From Eledone cirrhosa (Eukaryota): DNA of 64,000 nucleotides. Both the position numbers and the translations under genes were made by a program. Under the pieces are notes generated by a model that was given only the letters and a program-made list of their open reading frames with translations, had not been told where the DNA came from and searched no databases. Numbering within the stretch: the stretch's first letter is position 1; each line of letters begins with the position of its first letter. Shown here one piece after another: positions 30,344-44,860 of this stretch. Location of the stretch: the NCBI GenBank assembly GCA_964016885.1, contig OZ024741.1, forward strand, positions 251,596,001 through 251,660,000, written 5' to 3'.

Positions 30344-30657
30344 TTTATGTCCGCTTTTCCCTGCTTGCAAGGGTTGGATGGGTCCTATTCAGCATAGCAT
30401 CTCTCCACTTCTCACAGTCCTTCGTCATCTCCTCGGTGAGTTTCAGCGATCTGAGGTCTGCTCTCACCACCTCCGCCGATGTTTTTTGTGGTCTACCTCT
30501 ACTGTGTCTTCCCTCCACTGGGACTTCCTGGCACTTCTTCACTCAGCTGTCATCCTCCATGCACATCACATATCCATACCATCTCAGCCTTCTCTCCTTC
30601 TTATACCCAATTTCTTTCTCAACTCGTCTATGCTTGGTCGTTCACACACATTGACAT

Positions 30658-30660
<3 letters not shown>
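30308..30660 (-). mobile_element. RTE-type LINE 3' end with (GAT)n tail
   Basis: KKCQEVPVEGRHSRGRPQKT; close to 45900-46252. Confidence 0.8.
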
Positions 30661-30691
<31 letters not shown>

Positions 30692-30857
30692 CAAGTATTG
30701 CACCAAGAAAAATAAAACGTTGGCATGAAGTGTTTAGGAATTTATTTGTTTTAACATTTGTTTCCGTGTCTATTACAAATTGTCTACATATATACTGTTC
30801 AATCATATGCAATACTTAATTATTTACTACACTTCATCAGAAAGCCTATAATAGTGG

Positions 30858-30948
<91 letters not shown>

Positions 30949-31189
30949 GAAGGGTGGCAGACAACCAGAGATAAATAGGTGCTTGCAAGTGTATGTAGAG
31001 AATCACTCCTTTAAAACATCAGAAAGTATATAACTATCACCTCTACCACGACCACCACCACCCTTTTCAATACATGTGTGTCCCTGTGGGTACACACACG
31101 TGTGTGTGTGTGTGGCTTCTGAAGAAAAGATAATCAATGATGGAAGGAATGAATAGTGATGTGAGTGAGGGGTGGAAGGTAAGACATAA

Positions 31190-31815
31190 GATGGTGGTGG
31201 TGGTGGTGGTATTGGTGGTTGTGATGGTGGGGTTATTGATGGTTGTGATGGTGGTGGTGGTGGTATTGGTGGTTGTGATGGTGGGGTTATTGATGGTTGT
31301 GGTGGTGGTGGTGGTATTGGTGGTTGTGATGGTGGGGTTATTGATGGTTGTGATGGTGGTGGTGGTGGTATTGGTGGTTGTGATGGTGGGGTTATTGATG
31401 GTTGTGGTGGTGGTGGTGGTGGTATTGGTGGTTGTGATGGTGGGGGTATTGATGGTTGTGGTGGTGGTGGTGGTTGTGGTGGTGATGATTGTTGGTGGTG
31501 GTGGTAGTAGTAGTGGTGGTAGAAGTGGTTTTGGTGGGGGTGGAGATAGCGGTGATGATGATGATGATGGCGATGTTGATGATGGCGATGATGATGATGA
31601 TCGTGATGACGACAACAATTATAATGTTGATGATGATGATAATGATAATGATAATGATGATGATGATGATGATGATGATGATAATGACGATGATGATGAT
31701 GATGATGATGATGATGACGGTGGTGATGATGAGGTTGATGATGACGGTGATGTTTATGATGATGATGACGGTGGTGATGATGAGGTTGATGATGGTTATG
31801 ATGATGATGATGATC
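31190..31815. repeat. Compound (GGT)n repeat with ~54-60 bp higher-order unit, followed by (GAT)n
   Basis: About 5 copies of GTATTGGTGGTTGTGATGGTGGGGTTATTGATGGTTGT... Confidence 0.9.
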
Positions 31816-31999
31816 CCAAAGACGGCAATGGTGATGAAGTTTCCTCCCCTTTACATGGAGTCTACTTCTACATTTGATATTCCTTGATTAATTTTACTCT
31901 CCACTGATCTCTAATCTGGAAGCAAATCTCCCTAGTGTGTCGTAATCCTTAACAACAACAACAACCATCTATAATATATACACACACAGTCAATTGAGC

Positions 32000-32090
32000 C
32001 TCTGTATGTGTGTATCTGTATGTGTGTGTGTGTGCGTTTGTATGTGTGCCTTAATAATTTTTCCCTCATTTTTGCCTATTGCTTTATTGG

Positions 32091-32183
<93 letters not shown>

Positions 32184-32190
32184 GTGTGTG

Positions 32191-32223
<33 letters not shown>

Positions 32224-32384
32224 ATATATATACATATATATACATATATATACATATATACACATATATATACATATATATATACATATATATACATATA
32301 TATACATATATATACTTGAATATATTTCAATGAATATACAACATATTTTCACAGATAATAAATATGCATGTCTATAAGCATGTG

Positions 32385-32422
<38 letters not shown>

Positions 32423-33179
32423 CACTCACATACATATATATATATATATATATATGTATGTGAGTGTATATATATGTGGATGCATGTATGCATGTTTGTA
32501 TGTATGTATGTGTGTATGCATATACATATACATACACACACACATACATACATACAACCATGCATACATACGTCCACACACACATACTCATACATAGATA
32601 CATACACGCATACCTTACATACATACATGCATGCCTTACATACATACACACGCACACACACACACATACACACACACATACATACATGCATGCACACATA
32701 CCTTACATACATACATACATACACACACACACATACATACATGCACACATACCTTACATAACACACATACATACCTTACATACATACATGCATACCTTAC
32801 ATACACACACACACACATATACACACACATACATACACACATACACACACATACCCACACACCCACACACACACACACACACACACATACATACATACAT
32901 ACATACATACATACATACATACATACATACATACATACACACCATACATACATGCATACATACATCATACATACATACATGCATCATACATACACAAATA
33001 CCTTACATACATACACACACATACATACATACACACACACATATACACACACATACACACACACACATACATACATACATACATACATACACACACATAC
33101 ATACATACATACATACATCATACATACATACATGCATCATACATACACAAATACCTTACATACATACACACACATACAT

Positions 33180-33210
<31 letters not shown>

Positions 33211-33474
33211 TACATACATACATACATACACACACATACATACATGCATACATACATACATACACACACACCATACATACATCATACATACATACATGCA
33301 TACATACATACATACATACACACACACCATACATACATCATACATACATACATGCATCATACATACACAAATACCTTACATACATACACACACACACATG
33401 CATACACACACATACATACATACACATACACACACACATACATACATACATACATACATACATACATACATACA

Positions 33475-33506
<32 letters not shown>

Positions 33507-34207
33507 CCTATAATGCATGTGTGTATAAATTAGAGGCACAGTAAAAATCAATACCATTGACTTTGATCTGCCAGTAAAGTCTTCTAGAATGATGCCAAGG
33601 TTTATTGCAATGAATAAAGGGGAAGCAATTTATGTTAGCATGCATGGAATATCCATAGATATCGCATGTGATATACACACTGTAATTGCATGCAGGCCAT
33701 AGAATAATGATCTGTTCTTATTGCTGATAAAATATGCAGCATTAGCTTGGTGTGACGATGATGATGATACATCAGGGTGTAGTTTGATGTGCATTGAGGT
33801 GTGGCAGAGAGGCTGATGGTGGTGGTGGCGGTGGTGGCGGTGGTGGCGGTGGTGGTGGTGGTGGTGGTGGCGGTGGTGGTGGTGGCGGTGGTGGTGGTGG
33901 TGGTGGTGGCGGTGGTGGTGGTGGTGGTGGTAGCGGTGGTGGTGGTGGTGGTGGTGGTGGTGGTGGTGGTGGTGGTAGTGTATTGCATTGTATCTGTGAA
34001 GTGTATTTGTGTGTGTGTATATATAAATGTGTGTGTGTGTGTGTGTGTAAGAGTGTGTGTGTGCATGTACGTGTATGTGCTTGTACGTGTATGTGAATGT
34101 GCGTGTGTGTGTGCATGTGTATGAGTAATTGTGCAGGTGTTTGGTGTGGTGTGGTGTTGTATAGTTTGGAGTATATGTATGTTTATTTGCAAGCGTTTGT
34201 GTGTATG

Positions 34208-34248
<41 letters not shown>

Positions 34249-34850
34249 TGTGTGAGTGTGTGTGTGGTGTGTATGTATGTGTGTGTGAAACAGTGCAAAG
34301 AGTAATTGTAAACATGATTTTTCATCATTTCAACACATATACTCATAAATACAAATACACATACACACGTACACACACACACACACACACATAATATGCA
34401 CATGTGCACATACCTGGTGGTGTAAGCATATACACAAAACTTGTTATGCATGAGAAAATTTAATACACACATGCGTATACTCACACACACATTTACCCAT
34501 TAATCACACATAATAAAAAGGCATTTTTTACACATGAATACACATGCACACCCCCACTCCCACACATAAGCATGAACTCAAACACATATTTATTATATGA
34601 ATATGCACATATACACGCACATCTATCGATATAAATTCATACATATATCAGCTTATAAGAATATACATACACATATCTACATTTTACATATACATACATA
34701 TTTACACATATATCTCACTGTATAATATGTGCACACATATCTACCTACATAAATAAACGCAAACACATTCACATCCACATATACTTGTATAAGTTAATAT
34801 ACACACATACATCTACCTATATAATAAATATACATACACACACAAACAAA
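32000..34850. repeat. Microsatellite field: (TG)n, (TA)n, (ATAC)n, (GGT)n
   Basis: Direct inspection. Confidence 0.9.
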
Positions 34851-36410
34851 CATATATCAAATCATTGCTTTTATGTTCCCCTTTACATGTTGGCATGGGC
34901 TGGATGAAATTTCTTGAGACAATATTTTACAGCTGGATGCCCTTCCTGACACCAACCCTTTTAGTTGCCTCTTATGACCCAGTTATACATACATGCATAC
35001 ATACATACATGGAGGCACATCGCTTAGTGGTTAGAGCATTGGCCTTGCAATCGAAAGGTTGTGAGTTCAATTTTCAGACCGGGTGATGTGTTGTTTCCTT
35101 GAACAAGACACTTTATTTCACATTGCTCCAGTTTACTCAGCTGTAGAAATGAGATGATAGGGATTGGGGTCCATATCATTCCACTGCAAAGTGGTCATGG
35201 AGGTGCCATGGCAAAAAAGCACCCAGCACTCACTGTAAATGAGGTTGGTGTTAGGAAGGGCATCCAGCTGTAGAAATCAAGCCAGAATCAGTTTCCGTCC
35301 CACCCTTGCAAGCAGGGAAAAGCGGACGTAAAATGAAATGATGATACATAAATACATAATGGCTACATCTTGGATTTAAGAATTAACACCCCTTAACTAT
35401 TTTCTCATACATGGGTGGCTTGAACATGACCTTCTAATCCTCCAAGGACTTAGATTCCTGTCTGCATATGCTGCAGTGAATGAAAAAAGAAAAAAAAAAC
35501 ATGCTCATGCAGCACACATGGAAGTCATTTAGATCAAGAGATGCGTGTTCTTAAGGTTTTCTAAGTGAAGAAAGACCTTGCACTGGATCAATCTCACTCT
35601 CTGAACGAGGTTGACAACTATCCAAAAAGAAGAACAGGTCAACATCATTGGCTGCCCTCAAGTCACACATTTTACAACAGAGTTTCCCTTCTACTAGGGT
35701 CTCTCACTCCCGGTGGGCTAACCACACACTTGGGCACCAAACCAAGTATGTCACAATCTATATGTATATATATGTATACATATATATATGTATATATGAT
35801 GATATGATACTGATGTTGTGGTAGAGGTGATGGTGGTGAAGGTTGTGTATGTAGTGGTGATATCATAATATACTTGAATAAAACCTATATACATATTTTA
35901 TACAGGCTGCAAGCATCATCTGACAGAAAGCTCCATAATATAACATATATATATTTTATATGTCAATAAGTTGCACTTACTTGCAATACAAGTTATATAT
36001 AAAGTGAGACAAAAAGCAGCAACAAAATTAGTCACTGGGAAGGTCACAGAATATGTAATAAAAGAACTTTGATTACCAACAAATAACCAACCATCTGGTT
36101 ATTAAACTAACTGACCGGGAAATTACAATAATGGATTGAAGTGAAACCCAACATTTGTATGTGCTTTTATTGGCAGCATGACCCTCCAAAAGTATAACAA
36201 TATGTTTCAACACGTTTTCAGATAAAAAATTTTGAAAAACAAATACAAAAAAAATATATATATATATATATATAAATAGAAGGGATATTTAATTTGTTGG
36301 AAGTCCGACAAATATAAATGTTTATAACTGATTTAGAGCACTCAACAGTGTACTGGAGTAAATATTCAATGATATTAAATAAATGGAAACTATATTTATA
36401 AAACCATATT

Positions 36411-36473
36411 TATTTTATTATATATATTTCAAGGGTACCAAGACATATTGGTACACTTTCATCAGATAAAATA
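36411..36473 (-). ncRNA. Type I hammerhead ribozyme (complete core)
   Basis: The minus strand reads UAUUUUAU-CUGAUGA-AAGUGUACCAA(UAUGUC)UUGGUACCCUU-GAAA-UAUAUAUA^-AUAAAAUA: 8-bp stem I, 10/11-bp stem II, AUA cleavage triplet. Confidence 0.72.
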
Positions 36474-36546
36474 CAAAATTTGTTTTATAAATAGAGATAT
36501 ACCCATGAAAATCATATCTTATCGGTTGGAAATACACAATGATATA

Positions 36547-36732
36547 ATAATACAAGGACGATTTGTTAAGCCTTCATTACGTTTATTGATTGGTGACATG
36601 CATTTTACAAGGTCTGATCTGTATCAATCTGGGCCAGATCGATACAGATCGAACCTTGGGCTGATCAATAGCGAAATGCGTGTCACCAATCAATAAACGT
36701 AATGAAGGCTTAACAAATCGTCCTTGTATTAT
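36547..36732. mobile_element. Fold-back / MITE-like palindromic element
   Basis: ~59-bp outer arms with 1 mismatch, plus an inner ~25-bp arm pair (CAAGGT..GATCTGTATC.ATCTGG / CCAGAT.GATACAGATC..ACCTTG). TA|CAAGG...CCTTG|TA lies just inside the ends. Confidence 0.75.
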
Positions 36733-37240
36733 CATATTACACTCTGTCTAGCTCTCCACCTCACCATTCACATTGTTCCAGTTCACTCAGCTGTAAAAAT
36801 GAGTTGTGAAGTCACTGTTGCCAAGCTGTATCAGCCATTGCCTTTCTCTTGGACAACATTGGTGACATGAAAAGGGGAGACTGGTATAAATGGGCAACTG
36901 TTGGTCTTCCACAAACAATCTTTCCTGGACTTGTGACTTGGAGAGAACCTTTCTAGGTGCAAATCCCATCATCATTTGTGACCAAAAGAGGTCTTTAACC
37001 CATTACCCTATATATATTTGGTTGGTGTTAGGAAGGGCATCCAGCTGTAGAAATCAAGCCAGAATCAGTTCCTGTACGAGCAAGACAAGGTCAGCCGACT
37101 GGACACTGCCCACAACAGGACAACCCGTCTAACCCATGCTAGCGTGGAAGAACGGACGTAAAATGATGATGATGATGATGATGATGATATATACACACAC
37201 ATATATATATATATATACATATATGCATACATAAATACAT

Positions 37241-37290
<50 letters not shown>

Positions 37291-39340
37291 ATAATTTCAA
37301 TCAATATGCAATAAATGCAATAATGTCAATCATATTAACTGGTAATTGCTCGATGACAAAATAGTTGTGAAAAGAACTAGTCTGAGAGTTCACATAGCCG
37401 ATATTATTACCTAGACTAACGCATCCAAGACCCTGCATAGATATAAAAGCCATAAGAAAAATATATAAGTGTGTGTGTGTATATAATGTATAATATATAT
37501 ATAATGTATAGGATGGAGGCACATGGTTTAGTGGTTAGAGCATTGGCCTTGTAATTGAAAGGTTGTGAGTTCAATTCTCAGACCGGGTGATGTGTTGTTT
37601 CCTTGAGCAAGACACTTTATTTCACATTGCTCCAGTTTACTCAGCTGTAGAAATGAGGAGTCTCTATCATTCCACTGTAAAGTGGTCGTGTAGATGCCAC
37701 GGAAAAAAAGCACCCAGCACTCACTGTAAATGAGGTTGGTGTTAGGAAGGGCATCCAGCTGTAGAAATCATGCCAGAATCAGTTCCCGTCCCACCCTTGC
37801 AAGCAGGGAGAAGCGGACATAAAATGATGATGATGATGATGTACATACTCACATAGGTCAACATTTAATATCTGACTGCGAACATAGCACTTGGCTGACC
37901 TCACATCCCCACCAATATATATGAGCAGAGCAAGACAAGGTCAGCAGACCGGACACTGCCCACAACAGGACAACCCGTCTAACCCATGCTAGTGTGGAAG
38001 AACGGACGTAAAACGGTGATGATGATGATGATGATGATACAATTAATTTAAATATGGTCTTTGACAGATAAGACACACAAGCAGAACTGCAAAATCTTAT
38101 TGGCCCTGGCTCCCGGTATTCAAATCTTCTCTGACAACCAGTCCATCCATTGGTCTATTTGTCAATTATGTTATCAACTCTAGCCAAATTTGCTCTCCAA
38201 TACAACCTTACAATTCTATACTATAAATCTCTTTAAAAATCCTTTTTGTTTTTCCTTGCAGAGCAGTTATTTGTCCTTGGGTTATTTATGCCTATACTTA
38301 TCTATTATATTCAGACAAGCTGATTGTTGTTTTCCATATAATCCTATAGCAGAAATTTTCTTCAAGGGAATTTTCTAGTGTTTTTTTTTAAACAACTAAA
38401 TCTTCTTGGCAATATACGTTCCATGAAGACACTACACCAAATAATTTTATAATTAAGAATATTAAAATATATATGTATATATATATATATATATATTATA
38501 AAGAGTCAGGAACTCAACGGCTAGTTCCAGACTCTGGAACTAGCTGTTGAAACGGAAAGAGCTCAGTCGTCATGGTCCTGGCTCTTTATAATATAACCAT
38601 ACTCTACTATCCCAAGTATCGAGTACTCTGTTGAGTAATGGTCTACCCAGTTTGAAACTAAATCGATCCTTATATGTGTGTGTGAGTGTGTGCATATATG
38701 TATTTATGTATGGTGAAGGCATGTGGCTTGATGGTTAGAGTGTTATGTTGTTGAATCTAACGTCATGAGTTGGATTCATGCCCATAAGTTGTATCCTTGA
38801 GCAAGACACTTTATTTCATTTTATTTCCAGTCCACTCAGTTGGCAAAAAAATGATTTGTACTTGTGATCCAAGGGATAAACCTTGTCACACACTGAGTTA
38901 TACTGAATCTCCCCAAGAACTAGGTTAAGTGTACTAGTGTCAGTAGAATGCTTTGCCACTTGCACATTGGTACAGGTGTCTGTAGAATGCTCAGACACTT
39001 GTACTTTAATTTCATGTGTAGGCTGTTACATTGGTTGAATCAAGTGGGATGCCTTTTGTTGGACCAGCTGGAGGTCTAACATAATATATATATATATCAT
39101 CATCGTTTAACGTCCATCTTCCACATATATATGCATTAATAGTTTGACTTATTTCTGCATTACATTTGGTTTCATAAACATAAATATATATACATCATAA
39201 ACACAAATGTATATACATCAGATGTGTTAATATGTGATAGACATATATCTATAGTACCTTATGTGTTTCTTGCTTTTATCATTCATTTGTAAAGAGAAAA
39301 AATCTGCATATCCATCATCATTATTATTGAAGGTTATTGA

Positions 39341-39538
39341 AGGGCGGTGGGTTGGCAGTATTGGTAGAGGGGTGGACGCCATGCTTTGACGCATAGAGTT
39401 ACGGCCCTTTCCATTCTGAGTTCAAATCCCGCTGAGGTCAACTTTGCCTTTCATCCTTACGGGGTCGATAAAATAAAGTACCAATAATGTACTGAGTAAT
39501 TGCTGGCCTTGAGCCAAACGTAGAAACAATTATTATTA
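39341..39538 (+). mobile_element. SINE B, full length
   Basis: GGGCGGTGGGTTGGCAGTATTGGTAGAG head, B box GAGTTCAAATCC and (TTA)n tail. Confidence 0.85.
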
Positions 39539-39639
39539 TGTCCACTGTCCATGCTGGTATGAGTTGGACTGATTGTTATTGTCTGAGTCAGTTCTTATTT
39601 AGAGTTATTGCTCTCCTAGTTATGCTCAGACATTCAAAT

Positions 39640-40030
39640 GTTGTTATGCTACATGGCAGTGAAATGTGGGCCTTGACTACATAAGACCCATGGAGGCTAG
39701 AAAGAAATGAAGTGAATATGCTCTGATGGATGTGTAATGTTAGTGTGCATGAACAGCATAGCATAAGCAAACTGAGAGAAACATTTTGTATAAGAGGAAT
39801 TGGATGTAACATGCAAGAGAGAAGACTGTGTTGGTATGGACATATGATGTGAGTGGAAGATAGCAACTGCATAAAAATATGGAGAGAAATCCCAGTGGCT
39901 GGGACTCGAGGAAAAGGTAGATCTAGGAAAACTTAGGATAAGGTTGTGAAGACCAACCTTAAAAAACTAAACCTCACAACAGACATGACATAGGACCATG
40001 AGAGTTGGTGTTATGCTGTGCTGCTGAAGA
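39640..40030 (+). mobile_element. Decayed RTE-type LINE 3' end
   Basis: MLHGSEMWA...RLERNE...WMCNV...WYGHMM remnants. Confidence 0.75.
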
Positions 40031-41168
40031 CCTGGCCAAGAGCATACAATGTTACCTGACTTATATCCATGTCCCCTCCCCTTTCCAATAACACTCCCTA
40101 GCCCATATCCCACCATCACTACACCATCCACTCCAGTCATGTCCTCTCCAGTATCATTCCTTAACTGCTGGCCACTCTAAAGCCCTTAGATACCCTCACT
40201 ATCACACCCTAGTAGCTACTCTCTTTACCCCTCTGCCACCCTAATCATGCCCCCCTCAATTATCACTCCTTAGCTATTCTCTCCCTCACTACACCTCTTC
40301 TTCCCGGCACTGCTAAGTGTCATCCTCCCTCACTGTGTTATTGACCAGCCCATCCATGCCCTCCACCACTATCCCTGCTTCAGTGTTCTCACTACTGCAT
40401 CACCTTCCTCTACCATGCTCATCAACCTGTCAAATAATACAACACTTGCCACAATTTCATATATATTTCCATTCTATTGTTCCGAACACCCAACAGAGCA
40501 GTGAGGGCCCTTCTATTGGGACAAGGACAAACAACCTCTCTAGTATTGGGTAAGCCCTGAAAGGTGATTGGTAACAGGAAGAGCACCAAGCCTAAAAAAG
40601 GATTCAGAGTAGCTTCAGTTATGTCATGGCATGAGAACCACTCTAATGCTGGTGGTCTACATGGTAAATGCACCCAGTACATACTGTAAAGTGGTTGGTG
40701 ATAGGCAAAGCATCCAACCATTGAAAGCTTGCAAAACGAAGGGTTGTAAAGCGTCAAACAGTTGTGTCAAGGACAAGACAGCCTCCCTAGTGTTGGCAAT
40801 ATACACAATAAACACACCCAGTACACACTGTAAAGTGGTTGGTGATAGGAAGGACATCAAGCCATCGAAAGCTTGCCCAACAAAGGGTTGGGAGGACCCT
40901 TCAGTGGTGTCAAAGACACGACAACTTCACTTGTACACTTGATAGAACTTGAGACTATATGTAAGCAAGAAGCATAACCCCAACCTGTCTGAGCAGTAGC
41001 CCCATCCAACCCTTGCTATCAGGGAAAGTGGATGTTAAATTGTGATAATGATATATATATATATTGTAGGTTCCCAAGCTGTGTTAGGGGATGATAACCA
41101 CAATTAAAAAAGGTACTCAATACATGATGATTTCATAAGAATGAAACCATTCTAGTCATGTAGAAGTC

Positions 41169-41265
<97 letters not shown>

Positions 41266-41732
41266 CATATATATATATATAAAGGAACGATCGACTTTCA
41301 TCAAATCGGACCGAGGAAACAATGTTTCCATTGGTCTTTCCAATTGCTAATACTATCTATCGGTCGTGACTCCAGGTAGAAGGAGCAATGTGAAATAAAG
41401 AGTCTTGTTCAAGGACATAAAGCATCGCCCGGTCTTCATATATATATCTATATATATCACGCTTGATATGTAAATCAGCAGCTGGACTAAAGTGCTATTT
41501 AAGGTATAACGATAACAAATGAACTGAGAACACTGTTGAGACAGTAGAATCCGTCATATATATTTGTTTGTCTTTACTGGATGTTTTTTCTGTTTCTCCA
41601 TTGTGATCCTGTCTCTATTTGTACTCCTGAAGAAGGGCTTAAGCCCAATATGTCAAACCTTCTTTCCTCTTTCCAATATAAAGCGTGAAACTAATAAGAC
41701 TTTTTGTACCTCTGTTTGTTGTCTCCTTAAAC

Positions 41733-41835
<103 letters not shown>

Positions 41836-41971
41836 TTTTCACCTTATTAAGCTAAATAGTGAGTCTTGTTTCCAGAGAAACACAAAACTCACTATTTAAA
41901 CTTAATAAAGTGATTAAATAAGTTCTATTGCAGTATTGAGTACTCTTTTCTCCCAGGCATCAGCTAAAACA

Positions 41972-42029
<58 letters not shown>

Positions 42030-42276
42030 CATGCAAGTGGCAAGATCTGAGACAATGTATCAAAAGTAAAGCATTGATATTATGGAAGTCATTTCATCCA
42101 TTTAAGATCTGTTATATTCTCTTTTAAATTATTTGGCAATGTGTCAAAATTTTCATTCAAACATCTGCTAACTGGACATTGATAGAATTCTACCACAATA
42201 TTGTAATATAGTTTATCATGTTCATGTGGATAACACTGTTATACATGTGTTAGCAGCACTATAAAATGAACCTAGG

Positions 42277-43015
42277 ATATTTGTATGTATGTAACAGCAG
42301 TAATGTCACAAATGTGTGAGCTGAGTTGTAATGTGAATCCTGATGTTTGTATGTATGTAACAGCAGTACTGTCACAAATGTGTGAGCTGTGTTGTAATGT
42401 GAATCCTGATGTTTGTATGTATGTAACAGCAGTACTGTCACAAATGTGTGAGCTGTGTTGTAATGTGAATCCTGATGTTTGTATGTATGTAACAGCAGTA
42501 CTGTCACAAATGTGTGAGCTGTGTTGTAATGTGAATCCTGATGTTTGTATGTATGTAACAGCAGTACTGTCACAAATGTGTGAGCTGTGTTGTAATGTGA
42601 ATCCTGATGTTTGTATGTATGTAACAGCAGTACTGTCACAAATGTGTGAGCTGTGTTGTAATGTGAATCCTGATGTTTGTATGTATGTAACAGCAGTACT
42701 GTCACAAATGTGTGAGCTGTGTTGTAATGTGAATCCTGATGTTTGTATGTATGTAACAGCAGTACTGTCACAAATGTGTGAGCTGTGTTGTAATGTGAAT
42801 CCTGATGTTTGTATGTATGTAACAGCAGTACTGTCACAAATGTGTGAGCTGTGTTGTAATGTAAATCCTGATGTTTGTATGTATGCAACAGCAGTACTGT
42901 TGCAAACATATGAGCTGTGTTGCAATGTGAGTCTAGGATGTTTGTATGTATATAACAGCAATACTATCATAAATGTGAGTAACTTTATAATGTGAATCTA
43001 GGATGTTTGTATGTA
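42277..43015. repeat. 66-bp minisatellite, about 9 near-identical copies plus degenerate flanks
   Basis: Unit ATGTTTGTATGTATGTAACAGCAGTACTGTCACAAATGTGTGAGCTGTGTTGTAATGTGAATCCTG. Confidence 0.96.
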
Positions 43016-43233
43016 TGAAACTATAGTGCTGTTACAAACACGTAAGCTGTACTGTAATGTGATTCCAGTATGATTTCATATATGAAACACAGTACTAATA
43101 CAAACATGTGAGTGGTATCGTAATGTGAGTCTAGGATGATAAGAAGAGCAGCACTGTCACAAGTATGTGAGCAATACACAGATGTGGTTTGCATATGAGT
43201 CATAATGAAGGTCTGTAAGAAATATGGCTACTT

Positions 43234-44394
43234 CACAACAGTAGTACTGTCCCAGATATATGACCAATGCACCAATGTGACAACAGTAGTACTGTCCCAG
43301 ATATATGACCAATGCACCAATGTGACAACAGTAGTACTGTCCCAGATATATGACCAATATACCAATGTCACAACAGTATTACTGTCCCAGATATATGACC
43401 AATATACCAATGTCACAACAGTAGTACTGTCTCAGATATATGACCAATATACCAATGCCACAACAGTATTACTGTCCCAGATATATGACCAATGCACCAA
43501 TGTGACAACAGTAGTACTGTCCCAGATATATGACCAATATACCAATGCCACAACAGTATTACTGTCCCAGACATATGACCAATATACCAATGTGACAACA
43601 GTAGTACTGTCCCAGATATATGACCAATATACCAATGCCACAACAGTATTACTGTCCCAGATATATGACCAATATACCAATGCCACAACAGTATTACTGT
43701 CCCAGATATATGACCAATATACCAATGTCACAACAGTATTACTGTCCCAGATATATGACCAATATACCAATGTTACAACAGTATTACTGTCTCAGATATA
43801 TGACCAATATACCAATGTGACAACAGTATTACTGTCCCAGATATATGACCAATATACCAATGTCACAACAGTAGTACTGTCTCAGATATATGACCAATAT
43901 ACCAATGTCACAACAGTAGTACTGTCTCAGATATATGACCAATATACCAATGTCACAACAGTAGTACTGTCTCAGATATATGACCAATATTCCAATGTCA
44001 CAACAGTATTACAGTCCCAGATATATGACTAATATACCAATGTCCCAACAGTAGTACTGTCTCAGATATATGACCAATATACCAGTGTCCCAACTGTAGT
44101 ACTGTCTCAGATATATGACCAATATACCAATGTCACAACAGTATTACTGTCCCAGATATATGACCAATATACCAATGTCACAACAGTAGTACTGTCTCAG
44201 ATATATGACCAATATACCAATGTCACAACAGTAGTACTGTCTCAGATATATGACCAATATACCAGTGTCCCAACAGTAGTACTGTCTCAGATATATGACC
44301 AATATACCAATGTCACAACTGTATTACTGTTCCAGATATATGACCAATATACCAATGTCACAACTGTATTACTGTCCTAGATATATGACCAATA
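43234..44394. repeat. 45-bp minisatellite, about 26 copies
   Basis: Unit ACAACAGTA(G/T)TACTGTC(C/T)CAGATATATGACCAATATACCAATGTC. Confidence 0.97.
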
Positions 44395-44860
44395 CAAGGG
44401 TGGTGGAAGCATTTCTGAATTGGGAGGGGGGATTTGGTCAATTTAGTTGTAGTGATTAGTTTAGCTCTTTGCACTCTAAAATGGTCAGAAAATGCAATTT
44501 GCATCCAAGCAGGTCATACTACATTTACAGCTTTCAATAATTATAAAGTGATTATAACAAAATGACCAGTGAAATCGCTCTTTGAATACATATACAAGCA
44601 ATTGGCAAATAGTGATATGTAGTGAAATGGTTATGACATGACAAAAAAATTTACTATGAATGTTAACATAATATATTACACTGTTTTTATCAAATATCAA
44701 TCAAGATATAAAAAAAACTTTGATATGTGATAACCATAACATGTACATAAATTGTAGCACATAAACATATAGATATGGGTTTTAGCAGTTTTGGGAGAAA
44801 ATATAATTATTGGGAGAGGGGTCATATATATATAGCTCTGACAGTTGGCAGGTGAACAGT

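Noticed and set aside
31067-31887. Mucin-like Thr-rich or Asp-rich ORF
   Set aside because: Pure GGT/GAT trinucleotide repeats, open in several frames.
42259-44394. Repeat ORFs of 216-275 aa, or a CRISPR-like array with palindromic repeats
   Set aside because: Unit lengths are multiples of 3, ORFs are open on both strands, there are no unique spacers and no cas genes, and the context is eukaryotic.
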